Assembly: GCA_019244185.1 (NCBI GenBank)
Contig: JAFATB010000023.1
Coordinates: 192,001 to 256,000, forward strand
DNA length: 64,000 bases
Reading direction: 5' to 3'
From: Acidobacteriota bacterium
GTDB lineage: Bacteria; Acidobacteriota; Thermoanaerobaculia; Gp7-AA8
Shown here: one piece after another, positions 54,562 through 62,921 of the stretch
How the letters are laid out: every line of letters begins with the position of its first letter
Numbering within the stretch: position 1 is the stretch's first letter
The notes under the pieces: generated by a model
The model's database searches: none
Seen by the model: only the letters and a program-made list of their open reading frames with translations
What the model was told of the DNA's origin: nothing
Made by a program: the position numbers and the translations under genes

Positions 54562-55650
54562 TTAGCTGCTGATTCGTTTGCGTGAAGGTTTGCGCCGCGC
54601 CGCCGCCGCGCGCTGGACCGGCGCGCTGCACGACTCGCGGACGACGAGACTGGCGGGGACGATGTTGTGTTTCGGCGCTTCGCCGCGGCCGTCGAGAAGC
54701 GCGAGCAGCGACTCGACGGAACGGCGGCCCATCTCCGCGATGTCGACGCGGACGGTGGTGAGCTGCGGCGTGAGATAGCGCGCCATCGGGATGTCGTCGA
54801 AGCCGGCCAGCGAGACGTCGGCCGGAATGGCGATGCCGCGCTCGCGCAACGCGCGCAACGCGCCGACGGCCATCGAGTCGTTCGCGGCGAAGATCGCGGT
54901 CGGCCGCGGCTTCATCGACAGGATCTCCGCGACGGCGCGGTAGCCCGAATCGTCGGTGAAGTCGCCGGCGCATTCGAGGCGCGGGCGCTTCTCGGCGTCG
55001 ACCGCGGCGCGATAGCCGCGGCGCCGTTCGGCGGCGTCGGTGTTGTGCTCGGGACCGTTGATGAAGGCGACGGCGCGGTGGCCGAGCGCGAGGAGGTAAT
55101 CGGTCATCGCGCGCGCGCCGGCGGCGTTGTCGATGCGGATCGTGGCGCGCGAGCCGGCCGCGGAGTTGAGCAGCACGACCGGCAGATCGGCCGCAATCTC
55201 GCGCGAGAGCGGGCCGAGCTCCACGTTCGGGAACATGACGATCAGGCCGTCGACGCGGCCGCGCAGCGTGCGCAGCACCGCCGACATCTCCTGCACGTCG
55301 CTGTGCGAGCTGGAGACGAGGATGTGGTAGCCGCGGGCGCGGGCCGCGACGTCGATGCCGCGGATGAACTCGGAGAAGAACTGGCCGTGCACGTCGGGGA
55401 GCAGCACGCCGAGCGTGTCGCTGCGGCGGATGCTGAGGCTGCGCGCGGCGGCGTGCGGCACGTAGCGGAGCGCGCGCGCGGCGGCGAAGACGCGTTTGGA
55501 GGTGTCGTCCTGCACGGGGCCGATGCCGTTCAACGTGCGGGACACGGTGGCCACGGAGACCCCGGCCCGCGCGGCGACGTCGCGGATCGTGGCGACGCGC
55601 GACGCGCGTGCGGAAACGCGCTCGGAGCTTGCACCGCGTGTTGTGGACAT
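54562..55650 (-). CDS. LacI family transcriptional regulator
   Basis: HTH TIRDVAARAGVSVATVSR plus motifs FAANDSMA, GFDD, LTTV and LVVRES. Confidence 0.95.
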   Translation of the reverse strand: MSTTRGASSERVSARASRVATIRDVAARAGVSVATVSRTLNGIGPVQDDTSKRVFAAARALRYVPHAAARSLSIRRSDTLGVLLPDVHGQFFSEFIRGIDVAARARGYHILVSSSHSDVQEMSAVLRTLRGRVDGLIVMFPNVELGPLSREIAADLPVVLLNSAAGSRATIRIDNAAGARAMTDYLLALGHRAVAFINGPEHNTDAAERRRGYRAAVDAEKRPRLECAGDFTDDSGYRAVAEILSMKPRPTAIFAANDSMAVGALRALRERGIAIPADVSLAGFDDIPMARYLTPQLTTVRVDIAEMGRRSVESLLALLDGRGEAPKHNIVPASLVVRESCSAPVQRAAAARRKPSRKRISS

Positions 55651-55655
55651 TCTGA

Positions 55656-55670
55656 TGTAACCGTTTACAT
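55656..55670. promoter_or_regulatory. Candidate LacI-family operator (copy 1)
   Basis: TGTAACCGTTTACAT, an imperfect palindrome with central CG, lying between the divergent lacI and GH1 genes. An identical copy is at 59979-59993. Confidence 0.75.
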
Positions 55671-55741
55671 GAACGGCGTTACACTAGCGCCGCCGCCGCC
55701 CGAAGTCAATTCGCGGTGTGCAGACGGAAACGTTTCAGCGA

Positions 55742-57094
55742 ATGAACCGAGCAAACGACGAGGACCTTTTTCCCGAAAGCTTTCTCTGGGGAGCGTCGAC
55801 TTCCGCGTATCAGGTCGAAGGCTCTCCGCTCGCCGACGGCGCGGGCCCGAGCATCTGGCACCGCTTCGTGCGCACGCCCGGCCGCGTCTTCGGCGGACAG
55901 ACCGGCGACGTCGCGTGCGATCACTACAACCGCTACCGCGAAGACGTCGCGCTGATGAAAGAGCTCGGCCTCACGACGTACCGCTTCAGCATCTCGTGGA
56001 GCCGCGTGCTGCCGGAGGGCACCGGTCGCGTGAACGAGCGCGGCCTCGACTTCTACCGGCGACTCGTCGATGAGCTCCTCGCCGCCGGCATCGCGCCGAA
56101 CGCGACGCTCTATCACTGGGATCTCCCCGCGGCGCTCGACGACCGCGGCGGCTGGCTCAATCGCGACGTCGCGGACTGGTTCGCCGAATACGGCGAGGTC
56201 GTGTTCCGCGCGCTCGACGACCGCGTGACGATGTGGGCCACGCTCAACGAGCCGTGGGTCGTGACCGACGGCGGCTACCTGCACGGTCCGCTCGCGCCGG
56301 GTCACAAGAATCTGTGGGAAGCGCCGCGCGCGACGCACAACCTGCTGCGCGCGCACGCGCGCGCCGTCGCCGCGTACCGCGCGGCCGGCCGCAATCGCAT
56401 CGGCCTCGTCGTGAATCTCGAGCCAAAGTACGCGGCCTCCGATTCGCCCGAAGACGCCGCAGCCGTCGCGCGCGCCGACGCGTACATGAATCGCCAGTAT
56501 CTCGATCCGGTGTTCTTCGGAACGTACCCGCAGGAGCTCATCGACGGCTTCGGCGAAGCGTGGCCCGAGTTCCCCGCCTCCGACCTCGATGAGATCAAAG
56601 CCCCCATCGACTTCCTCGGCATCAACTACTACAAGCGCGGCATCACGCGCGCCGACGACTCGGTGATCGTCGAACGCGCGACACGCCTCGACAACGACCG
56701 CGCGACCGTCACGGAAACGGGATGGGAAGTCTTCCCCGAGGGGCTCACGAACATCCTCACGTGGACGCGCGATCGCTACGGCGACGTCCCGATCTACATC
56801 ACCGAAAACGGCGCGGCGTTCTACGACCCGCCGGTCGCGTTCAACGGCCGCGTCGAGGATCCGCTGCGCGTCGACTATCTGCGCGAGCATCTGCGCGCCG
56901 TGCGCGCGGCGATGCAGCAGGGCGTCGACGTGCGCGGCTATTACGTCTGGTCGCTCCTCGACAACTTCGAGTGGGCCCTCGGGTACGCGAAGCGCTTCGG
57001 GATCATTCACGTCGACTACGGCACACTGCAGCGCACGCCGAAGTCGAGCGCGCGCTACTACGCCGAGGTCATCAAGGCGCGGAAGGTGTTGTAG
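55742..57094 (+). CDS. GH1 beta-glucosidase
   Basis: Motifs FLWGASTSAYQVEG, YRFSISWSR, TLNEP (acid/base), ITENG (nucleophile) and DNFEW. Confidence 0.96.
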   Translation: MNRANDEDLFPESFLWGASTSAYQVEGSPLADGAGPSIWHRFVRTPGRVFGGQTGDVACDHYNRYREDVALMKELGLTTYRFSISWSRVLPEGTGRVNERGLDFYRRLVDELLAAGIAPNATLYHWDLPAALDDRGGWLNRDVADWFAEYGEVVFRALDDRVTMWATLNEPWVVTDGGYLHGPLAPGHKNLWEAPRATHNLLRAHARAVAAYRAAGRNRIGLVVNLEPKYAASDSPEDAAAVARADAYMNRQYLDPVFFGTYPQELIDGFGEAWPEFPASDLDEIKAPIDFLGINYYKRGITRADDSVIVERATRLDNDRATVTETGWEVFPEGLTNILTWTRDRYGDVPIYITENGAAFYDPPVAFNGRVEDPLRVDYLREHLRAVRAAMQQGVDVRGYYVWSLLDNFEWALGYAKRFGIIHVDYGTLQRTPKSSARYYAEVIKARKVL

Positions 57095-59969
57095 CGCTGC
57101 TGCGCAGCACGAAGCCGCGCGGTGGCTTCGCATCGCCAGTGACTGCTGCGACGCCGTCGCGGATCGTGACGTTGACCGTGCCGTACGGCGTCTGAATGCC
57201 GCGCACGATCGCGCCGCGGCCGCGCGTCCACGCGAGCGGCACGCCGGCGTTGATGACGAGCGCGCCGTCGTCTTCGTAGACGAAAAGATCGAGGATCGAT
57301 CGGATGAAGTCCGAGCCGACCCACGTATGCGGCATGTCGCCGATGAAGCTCGGATGCCGCGCGTCGCGATACACGACTTCCGACCACTGGTTCCACGCCG
57401 CCGGACGCGTGTGCTGCATGAAGAACGCGATCATCTCGTGCGCGCGCTCGCGCCAGCCGAGGCGCACGAACGAGCCGACCGTGCGCCATTCGTACGGCGT
57501 GTAGCCTTCCCACTGATTCGTCGCGATGCGCTGCATCGACTCGCGGTAGTAACGCTCGAACGTCGCATTGAGCGCGTCCGCGTTCAGGTGCGTGCGCTCG
57601 TTGGCGGGATAGAGGGCGATGGTGGTGGAAGTCGCGTCGAAGTCGCCGAGCTCGACGCAGCCGGGGATGTAGTCGATGTGATGCATCGCGCGCGCGGCTT
57701 CGATCGACGCATGCAGATCGCGATGGAACTCCTCGGCGCGCCGCGCGTAGTCGGTCGACTTGCCGAGCGCGCTCGCGAGGAACGCGGCGTCGTCGAGTCC
57801 GCGCGCGATGAAGAAGTCGTCCCAGTACGAATGCATCGGCTTCGCGGAGTAGCCCTCGTGGCTGATCGACTCGGGGACAAGCCCGTAGTACGCGCGCTTC
57901 TCCGGCGTCTGGTACTCCGCGGTCTTGCGCTGCGCGGTGAGCGACTCGATGTACGCGACGTCGTTTTCGACGTGCGGCCAGAGCTGTTCGACGAGCGCGC
58001 GGTCGTGCGTGTAGCGAAGGTATTCGGCGAGGAGGAAGAGCAGCTCGCCGTGGCTGTCGTTTTCGGGAACGGGATCGGCGCCGCGCGCGTCGACGCAGCA
58101 CGGGACTTTGCCGTTCGGAAATTGGAACGGCGTGTACCACGCGACGAACGGCCGCACGAAGTCGGAGTAGCCGAGGCGCAGGAGCGCGTCGGAGGTGAGC
58201 GAGCCGTCGCGGATCCAGCTGCGATCGTACGAGCGCGAGCCGGGCTGAATTGCGGGGCCGTCCTGATTGATGAGGATCCACGCGACGTTGCTCTTCACCG
58301 CGCGCGCGACGGCCGCGCCTTCGTCGCCGTCGAGCTCCAGTGTGAAGCGGCCGAGGCGTTCGGTCCATTCGTGCGTCGCATCGGCGAGCAGCGCTTCGGC
58401 AAGTGCGGGCGTCGGACGATCGTCGGTTTCGCCGGAGGCGATGTAGACGTCGCGCGTGCCGTTCGCGGGAAGTGCGAGGTCGTAACGCAGCGCACCGGAG
58501 GCGGCGCCGAAGTCGTCGTGCACGCGCTGCGCGGCGGGCAGCTCGTTGCGCGCGAGCCATTCGGTGATGTCGCCGGAAGCGAACGCCGCCGCACCGAATC
58601 CATTCGCGGGCGTCGCCGTCGCGACGCGCACGTCTTGCGCGCGCACGACGCCGTTGGCGCACGCGAGCTCGTTCACGGTCGCGACGCCGCCCGGCACGTT
58701 GAGGAACTGGAAGGCGGAGTTGACCTGGAACGGACGCACGGCGAGAAAGAGCGTCGCCTTGCGCGTGGTGCTGGCCGCGTTCGTGATGCGGTAGCGCGCG
58801 AAGATCTGCTTCGCCTGCGCGTACGCGGTGATCGTCAGCGTCAGGTCGCGCGCGCGCCAGGTGACGCTCGGGATCGGCAGGATGTCGTTGGCGAGCGACT
58901 GCGTTTTCTCCGCGTCGTCCCACGTCACGAGCTGGCCGTCGACGAAAAGGAACGGCTCGACGGATGCGGACGCGCGGTCGAGCTCGATCGCGCCGTCTTC
59001 GTTGAGGAGCGCCTCGCGCTCGTCGTTCACCGCGCCGACGACGGACCAATATGACTCCTCGTTGTGGAAGTAGCGGGGATAGAGACCGCGGCGCGTGTCG
59101 CCGGCGAGGTGCGTGAAGAACGCGTTGCGCGACGACGAGAACGACAGCGGCTGGAAGGTGAGGCCGCGCAGCGCGAACGGTTTCGGCCCGCGCAGCATGT
59201 GGATGCGCAGGTAGCGCGCGTCGGAGTCGGGGAGGAAGAGCGGATCGCGGCCGCCGTTGCTGCCGCGCACCTTTGCGATCGTGTCCCACTGCTTGCCGTC
59301 GTCCGAGGTCTCGACGTCGTAGTCGGTCGCGTGCGATTGCCAGTCGAGCGTGAGGCCGCCGAATTCGAACGGCCGGCCGAAGTCGGCGGTGTACGTCGCG
59401 TCGCGATTCGTCTTCGCGCGCCAGGCGCCGCGCGGCGGTGGCGGGGCCTCGGGACGCGCGGCGCGCGGACTGAAGGTGAGGTCGTCGATCCAGACGCTCC
59501 CTTTGCCGCCGCTGCTGGCCGTGATCACGAGCTCGAGCGCGGACGTCTGCGTGAGCGGCGCGCCGTTCGACGGACCCCAGGCGAACTCGAGATGGCGTTT
59601 GAGCACGCGCTGCGTTTGCCACTCGCGCGGAAACGTGAGGTTGCGGCGGTTCACCCACCAGACGCTCTCGCCGCTCGGATCGAGCAGCTTGAACTCGAGC
59701 GTGTTCGGCGGCGTCTCGCCGCGCAGCCGGTACGTGAACTGGTAGTCGGACGGCAGCGTGAGCTTCAGCGGCTTGCGCGCGATCGCGTAGCCGGCGCCGC
59801 CGTGGAAGTCGAAGTCGAGGCGCATGGCGCCGTGGTCTTCAACGATGTGCAGCTCGACGCCGTCGGACGCCGCGGCGATCCAGCCGCGGACGTCGTGAAA
59901 GTCGTCGAGCACGGCCGCGTGCAACGGCGCGGCGAGCAGCAGCACGAGGACGAGGGCGGCGCGGCGCAT
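57072..59969 (-). CDS. Secreted protein with carbohydrate-binding-like and F5/8 (discoidin) domains and a C-terminal six-hairpin glycosidase-like domain
   Basis: Signal peptide; discoidin-like YDVETSDDGKQW..ARYLRI; catalytic-like SYDRSWIRDG, ESISHEGY and YWDDFF; DMPHTW. Confidence 0.8.
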   Translation of the reverse strand: MRRAALVLVLLLAAPLHAAVLDDFHDVRGWIAAASDGVELHIVEDHGAMRLDFDFHGGAGYAIARKPLKLTLPSDYQFTYRLRGETPPNTLEFKLLDPSGESVWWVNRRNLTFPREWQTQRVLKRHLEFAWGPSNGAPLTQTSALELVITASSGGKGSVWIDDLTFSPRAARPEAPPPPRGAWRAKTNRDATYTADFGRPFEFGGLTLDWQSHATDYDVETSDDGKQWDTIAKVRGSNGGRDPLFLPDSDARYLRIHMLRGPKPFALRGLTFQPLSFSSSRNAFFTHLAGDTRRGLYPRYFHNEESYWSVVGAVNDEREALLNEDGAIELDRASASVEPFLFVDGQLVTWDDAEKTQSLANDILPIPSVTWRARDLTLTITAYAQAKQIFARYRITNAASTTRKATLFLAVRPFQVNSAFQFLNVPGGVATVNELACANGVVRAQDVRVATATPANGFGAAAFASGDITEWLARNELPAAQRVHDDFGAASGALRYDLALPANGTRDVYIASGETDDRPTPALAEALLADATHEWTERLGRFTLELDGDEGAAVARAVKSNVAWILINQDGPAIQPGSRSYDRSWIRDGSLTSDALLRLGYSDFVRPFVAWYTPFQFPNGKVPCCVDARGADPVPENDSHGELLFLLAEYLRYTHDRALVEQLWPHVENDVAYIESLTAQRKTAEYQTPEKRAYYGLVPESISHEGYSAKPMHSYWDDFFIARGLDDAAFLASALGKSTDYARRAEEFHRDLHASIEAARAMHHIDYIPGCVELGDFDATSTTIALYPANERTHLNADALNATFERYYRESMQRIATNQWEGYTPYEWRTVGSFVRLGWRERAHEMIAFFMQHTRPAAWNQWSEVVYRDARHPSFIGDMPHTWVGSDFIRSILDLFVYEDDGALVINAGVPLAWTRGRGAIVRGIQTPYGTVNVTIRDGVAAVTGDAKPPRGFVLRSSATTPSAP

Positions 59970-59978
59970 GTCCGCGAT

Positions 59979-59993
59979 TGTAACCGTTTACAT
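59979..59993. promoter_or_regulatory. Candidate LacI-family operator (copy 2) overlapping a TACAAT -10 box
   Basis: TGTAACCGTTTACAT is identical to 55656-55670. Minus-strand TACAAT at 59977-59982 is 7 nt before ATG 59969. Confidence 0.75.
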
Positions 59994-60004
59994 GGAGCCG
60001 ACGA

Positions 60005-60143
60005 GGAGCGCCTCCGGCGGGCCGGCGCGGCCGGCTGCGCTAAGGGCCTAGCCAGTCCGCACGTGCGGCTGCAATCAGCCGGACGTGCGGCCAGGCTAGG
60101 CCCTTAAGCGCAGCCGGCCGCGCCGGCCCGCCGGAGGCGCTCC
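60005..60143. repeat. Long near-perfect palindrome (REP/REPIN-like element)
   Basis: Arms 60005-60071 and 60076-60143 pair with 3 mismatches and 1 bulge around a CAAT loop. Ends are GGAGCG/CGCTCC. Confidence 0.85.
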
Positions 60144-60146
60144 CGG

Positions 60147-60575
60147 TCATCCCCATGTAAACGGATCCGCGGCATGCGCGAGCTCCGCGGCGGGCGCCGC
60201 GTTCTCGCTGAAGATCAGCGGGCAGACGAGGCACGCCCGCGTTCCCTCCTGCGTGAACCAGCGGCAGTCGGCGCGGATGCGGCACGGCGGCACGGCGCTG
60301 ACGCGGTCGAGGTCGGAGGCGACGAGCTTCTGCGCGAGGCGGCAGTTCGCGCCGTCGAAATGCGCGCACGCGTCGGTCGCGCACGCGGCGGCGAAGCGGA
60401 ACACTTCTCCCGGCGGCGCCTCGCCCGCGAGCGCGAGCAGTTCCGCGGTCACGGGCAGAGGTTCCGCGAGATGCTGCACGAACGCGCGGCCGTCGATCTC
60501 ACGGCTCACGCCGAAGACGACGCTCCCCGGCATCTCCGGCCGCGCGCTCGGGCACTGCAGAGCATCAGCCGGCAT
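60147..60575 (-). CDS. Small Cys-rich hypothetical protein (8 Cys, probable metal or Fe-S binding)
   Basis: CPSA..., C-x4-C-x-H-x5-C, C-x5-CRWF.QEG and C-x2-CP. Confidence 0.8.
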   Translation of the reverse strand: MPADALQCPSARPEMPGSVVFGVSREIDGRAFVQHLAEPLPVTAELLALAGEAPPGEVFRFAAACATDACAHFDGANCRLAQKLVASDLDRVSAVPPCRIRADCRWFTQEGTRACLVCPLIFSENAAPAAELAHAADPFTWG

Positions 60576-60750
60576 TCGGCTTTCCGATCGTTTCGATCGT
60601 GTGCGGATCGCGGATGATGATGCCGACCCAGATCGGGAACGGCTTGAGATCCGGATCGCGCCTCGTCGCGCGCATGGCCGCCGACGTCGCCGCCTCGATG
60701 AAGTCCTCGAACGACAGCGGACTTCGCGGAGTTTCCTTCACATTGCTCAT
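60565..60750 (-). CDS. 61-aa small protein/peptide
   Basis: GGAGG SD upstream of ATG 60750. Sequence MSNVKETPRSPLSFEDFIEAATSAAMRATRRDPDLKPFPIWVGIIIRDPHTIETIGKPNAG. Its stop overlaps the start of the Cys-rich gene. Confidence 0.72.
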   Translation of the reverse strand: MSNVKETPRSPLSFEDFIEAATSAAMRATRRDPDLKPFPIWVGIIIRDPHTIETIGKPNAG

Positions 60751-60793
60751 GAGAGCCTCCTCATGAGCGGTAGTGCGGCGAGCGCGAAAAACG

Positions 60794-61708
60794 TTACAGC
60801 GATTCGATATTGCGCTGCATGCCGGCGAGCTTCGCGCGCTTGATCGCGCTCTTCGCGAAGAGCGCCGAAAAGTCCGCCTGCGCGAAGCGGAAGAGATCGG
60901 TGACCGGCGTCGCGCGATACGCCTCGCGCGGCGCGAACGCGGGATGAGCGTCCGCCGGCGCGTGATTCCACGGGCACGCTTCCTGGCAGACGTCGCAGCC
61001 GAAGGCGTTGCCTTCGAGGCGTTCGGCGACGAACGCGTCGAGCGCGCCGCGATGTTCGATGGTCGCGTAGCTGATGCAGTGCGCGGAGTCGAGCGTGCGG
61101 TCGGGAAGGATCGCGTTCGTGGGACAGGCATCGAGACAGCGCGTGCAGGCGCCGCAGCGATCGGCCACCGTCGCGGCTTCGACGTCGTGCTCGAGCGCGG
61201 TGAGCAGCGTGCCGATGAAGACGTACGAGCCGTGCTGCTCGTCGATGAGCATGCCGTTCTTCCCGATCCAGCCGAGCCCCGCCTGTGCCGCGTACGCGCG
61301 GTCGGAGAGCGGCCCGGTGTCGACGTAGCGCCATGTCTTCACGCCATCGAGCGCCGCCTCGAACTTGCGGAGAATCCGATCGAGCACTTCGTGGTAGTCG
61401 TCGCCGAGCGCGTAGCGCGCGATGTGATGACTGAGAGCGCCGGGCGGCGCCGCCGGACGTTCGCCCGCGTACGGCACGAGAATCGAGACGACGGAACGCG
61501 CCCACGGATAGCGCTCGCGCGGCCGTTCGCGCACGTCCGCGTTTTTGGCGAGGTAGTGCATCGACGCATGGCCGCCGCGCGCGAGCCATTCCGCGAACAG
61601 CGCCGCGTGCTCGTCATCGATGCCGCTCGCGCCGAGGCGCAGCACGCCTTCCGCGCGCGCCACGCGCTCGAGGTCAGGCCAGACTTCGGAGAGTCTCGTG
61701 GGAGTCAT
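60794..61708 (-). CDS. queG: Epoxyqueuosine reductase
   Basis: Motifs IARYALGDDYH, YVDTGP, AGLGWIGKN, CGACTRCLDACPT, CISYATIE and FGCDVCQEACPWN. Confidence 0.95.
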   Translation of the reverse strand: MTPTRLSEVWPDLERVARAEGVLRLGASGIDDEHAALFAEWLARGGHASMHYLAKNADVRERPRERYPWARSVVSILVPYAGERPAAPPGALSHHIARYALGDDYHEVLDRILRKFEAALDGVKTWRYVDTGPLSDRAYAAQAGLGWIGKNGMLIDEQHGSYVFIGTLLTALEHDVEAATVADRCGACTRCLDACPTNAILPDRTLDSAHCISYATIEHRGALDAFVAERLEGNAFGCDVCQEACPWNHAPADAHPAFAPREAYRATPVTDLFRFAQADFSALFAKSAIKRAKLAGMQRNIESL

Positions 61709-62915
61709 CGAGGGACCGCCGCAACACGAACGTCGCGACCTCCGGTTTGCACAGGATGCGCAGCGGAGGAATCGCGCCGATGCCGCGGCTGACGTAGAGC
61801 AACACGTCGTCGACGCGATGAAATCCGGCGGCGTAGCGGGCCTCGTGCTTCGACGGCACGACGATCGAGCCGAAGAACGGGAAGCGGATCTGGCCGCCGT
61901 GCGTATGGCCGGCGACGAGGAGATCGATCCTGCGCCCGCCCAGGAGATCGACGACGTCGGGATGATGGCTGAGACCGATGCACGGCACGCGCGGATCGAC
62001 GCGTGCGAACGCGGCGTCGACGTCGGGCTTGCCGCGGTAGATCTCGTCGACGCCGGCGAGCGCAATCGCATCGTCGCCGCGGCGGATCGCGATCGAGCGG
62101 TTGATGATGAAGCGCACGCCGCGCGCGGTCATCGCGGCGATCACGCCGTCCGCATCCGCCCAGTAGTCGTGATTGCCGAGCACCGCGTACACGCCGTCGC
62201 GCGCTTCGAGATCGGGGAGCAGCACTTCCGCCATCAGCGGGATGTGGCGCGCGAACGAGACGAAGTCGCCGCCGAGGAGCACGAGGTCGGGATCGAAGCG
62301 CCGCGTCTGCGCGACCGCTTCGCGATAGAGCCCGCGGCGCATGAACGAGGCGACGTGCGTGTCGGTGAGGAACGCGATGCGGTAGCCGTCGAACGATGCG
62401 GGGAGGTTCGGCACCGCGACCTCGTGTTTCGTCACCTCGAGGTCGTAGACGTCGTTGTGCGCGCCGAGATTGCGCACGAACGCGAACGGCACGTGCGCCT
62501 TGCGCAGCTTGACCGTGTCCGACGCCAGCGTCCGCGTGCCGGGCACCGGCACGTCCTTGAACGTCTGCATGCGGAAGCGGTCGAGGATCCAGTACGCGCC
62601 GACGCTCGCGGCGATGAGCAGCCACGTCGCGCCGATCTTGGCGAGCGTCAGCGACGTCAGCACCGACTCGATCGGGTCGGGCGTGATGCGCTCGACGAGG
62701 CGGTTGTCCGCGAGCACGGCGATCCACTGATGCAGCGGCCAGAAAAGCAGCGTGAGCACGACGAGCAGCGGCGGCACGGCGAACTGCAGCCAATGCAGCG
62801 GCGGCTTTTCCTCGCGATGGCTGCCGAAGACGATGCGGTTGAGGACGAAGAGAAAGATGCGCGCGTCGCCGACGAACGCGAGAACGAGAAGCGCGAAGAA
62901 GAGTGGGCGAAGCAC
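61674..62915 (-). CDS. Membrane-anchored metallophosphoesterase (YkuE-like)
   Basis: N-terminal TMs and motifs TDTH, GGDF, GNHD, SHHPD and GHTHGGQ. Confidence 0.9.
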   Translation of the reverse strand: MLRPLFFALLVLAFVGDARIFLFVLNRIVFGSHREEKPPLHWLQFAVPPLLVVLTLLFWPLHQWIAVLADNRLVERITPDPIESVLTSLTLAKIGATWLLIAASVGAYWILDRFRMQTFKDVPVPGTRTLASDTVKLRKAHVPFAFVRNLGAHNDVYDLEVTKHEVAVPNLPASFDGYRIAFLTDTHVASFMRRGLYREAVAQTRRFDPDLVLLGGDFVSFARHIPLMAEVLLPDLEARDGVYAVLGNHDYWADADGVIAAMTARGVRFIINRSIAIRRGDDAIALAGVDEIYRGKPDVDAAFARVDPRVPCIGLSHHPDVVDLLGGRRIDLLVAGHTHGGQIRFPFFGSIVVPSKHEARYAAGFHRVDDVLLYVSRGIGAIPPLRILCKPEVATFVLRRSLDDSHETLRSLA

Positions 62916-62921
62916 GCGCGG

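Noticed and set aside
21255-60143. The two long hairpins as CRISPR repeats or one repeat family
   Set aside because: There is no repeat-spacer periodicity, no cas genes, and the two elements share no clear sequence similarity.
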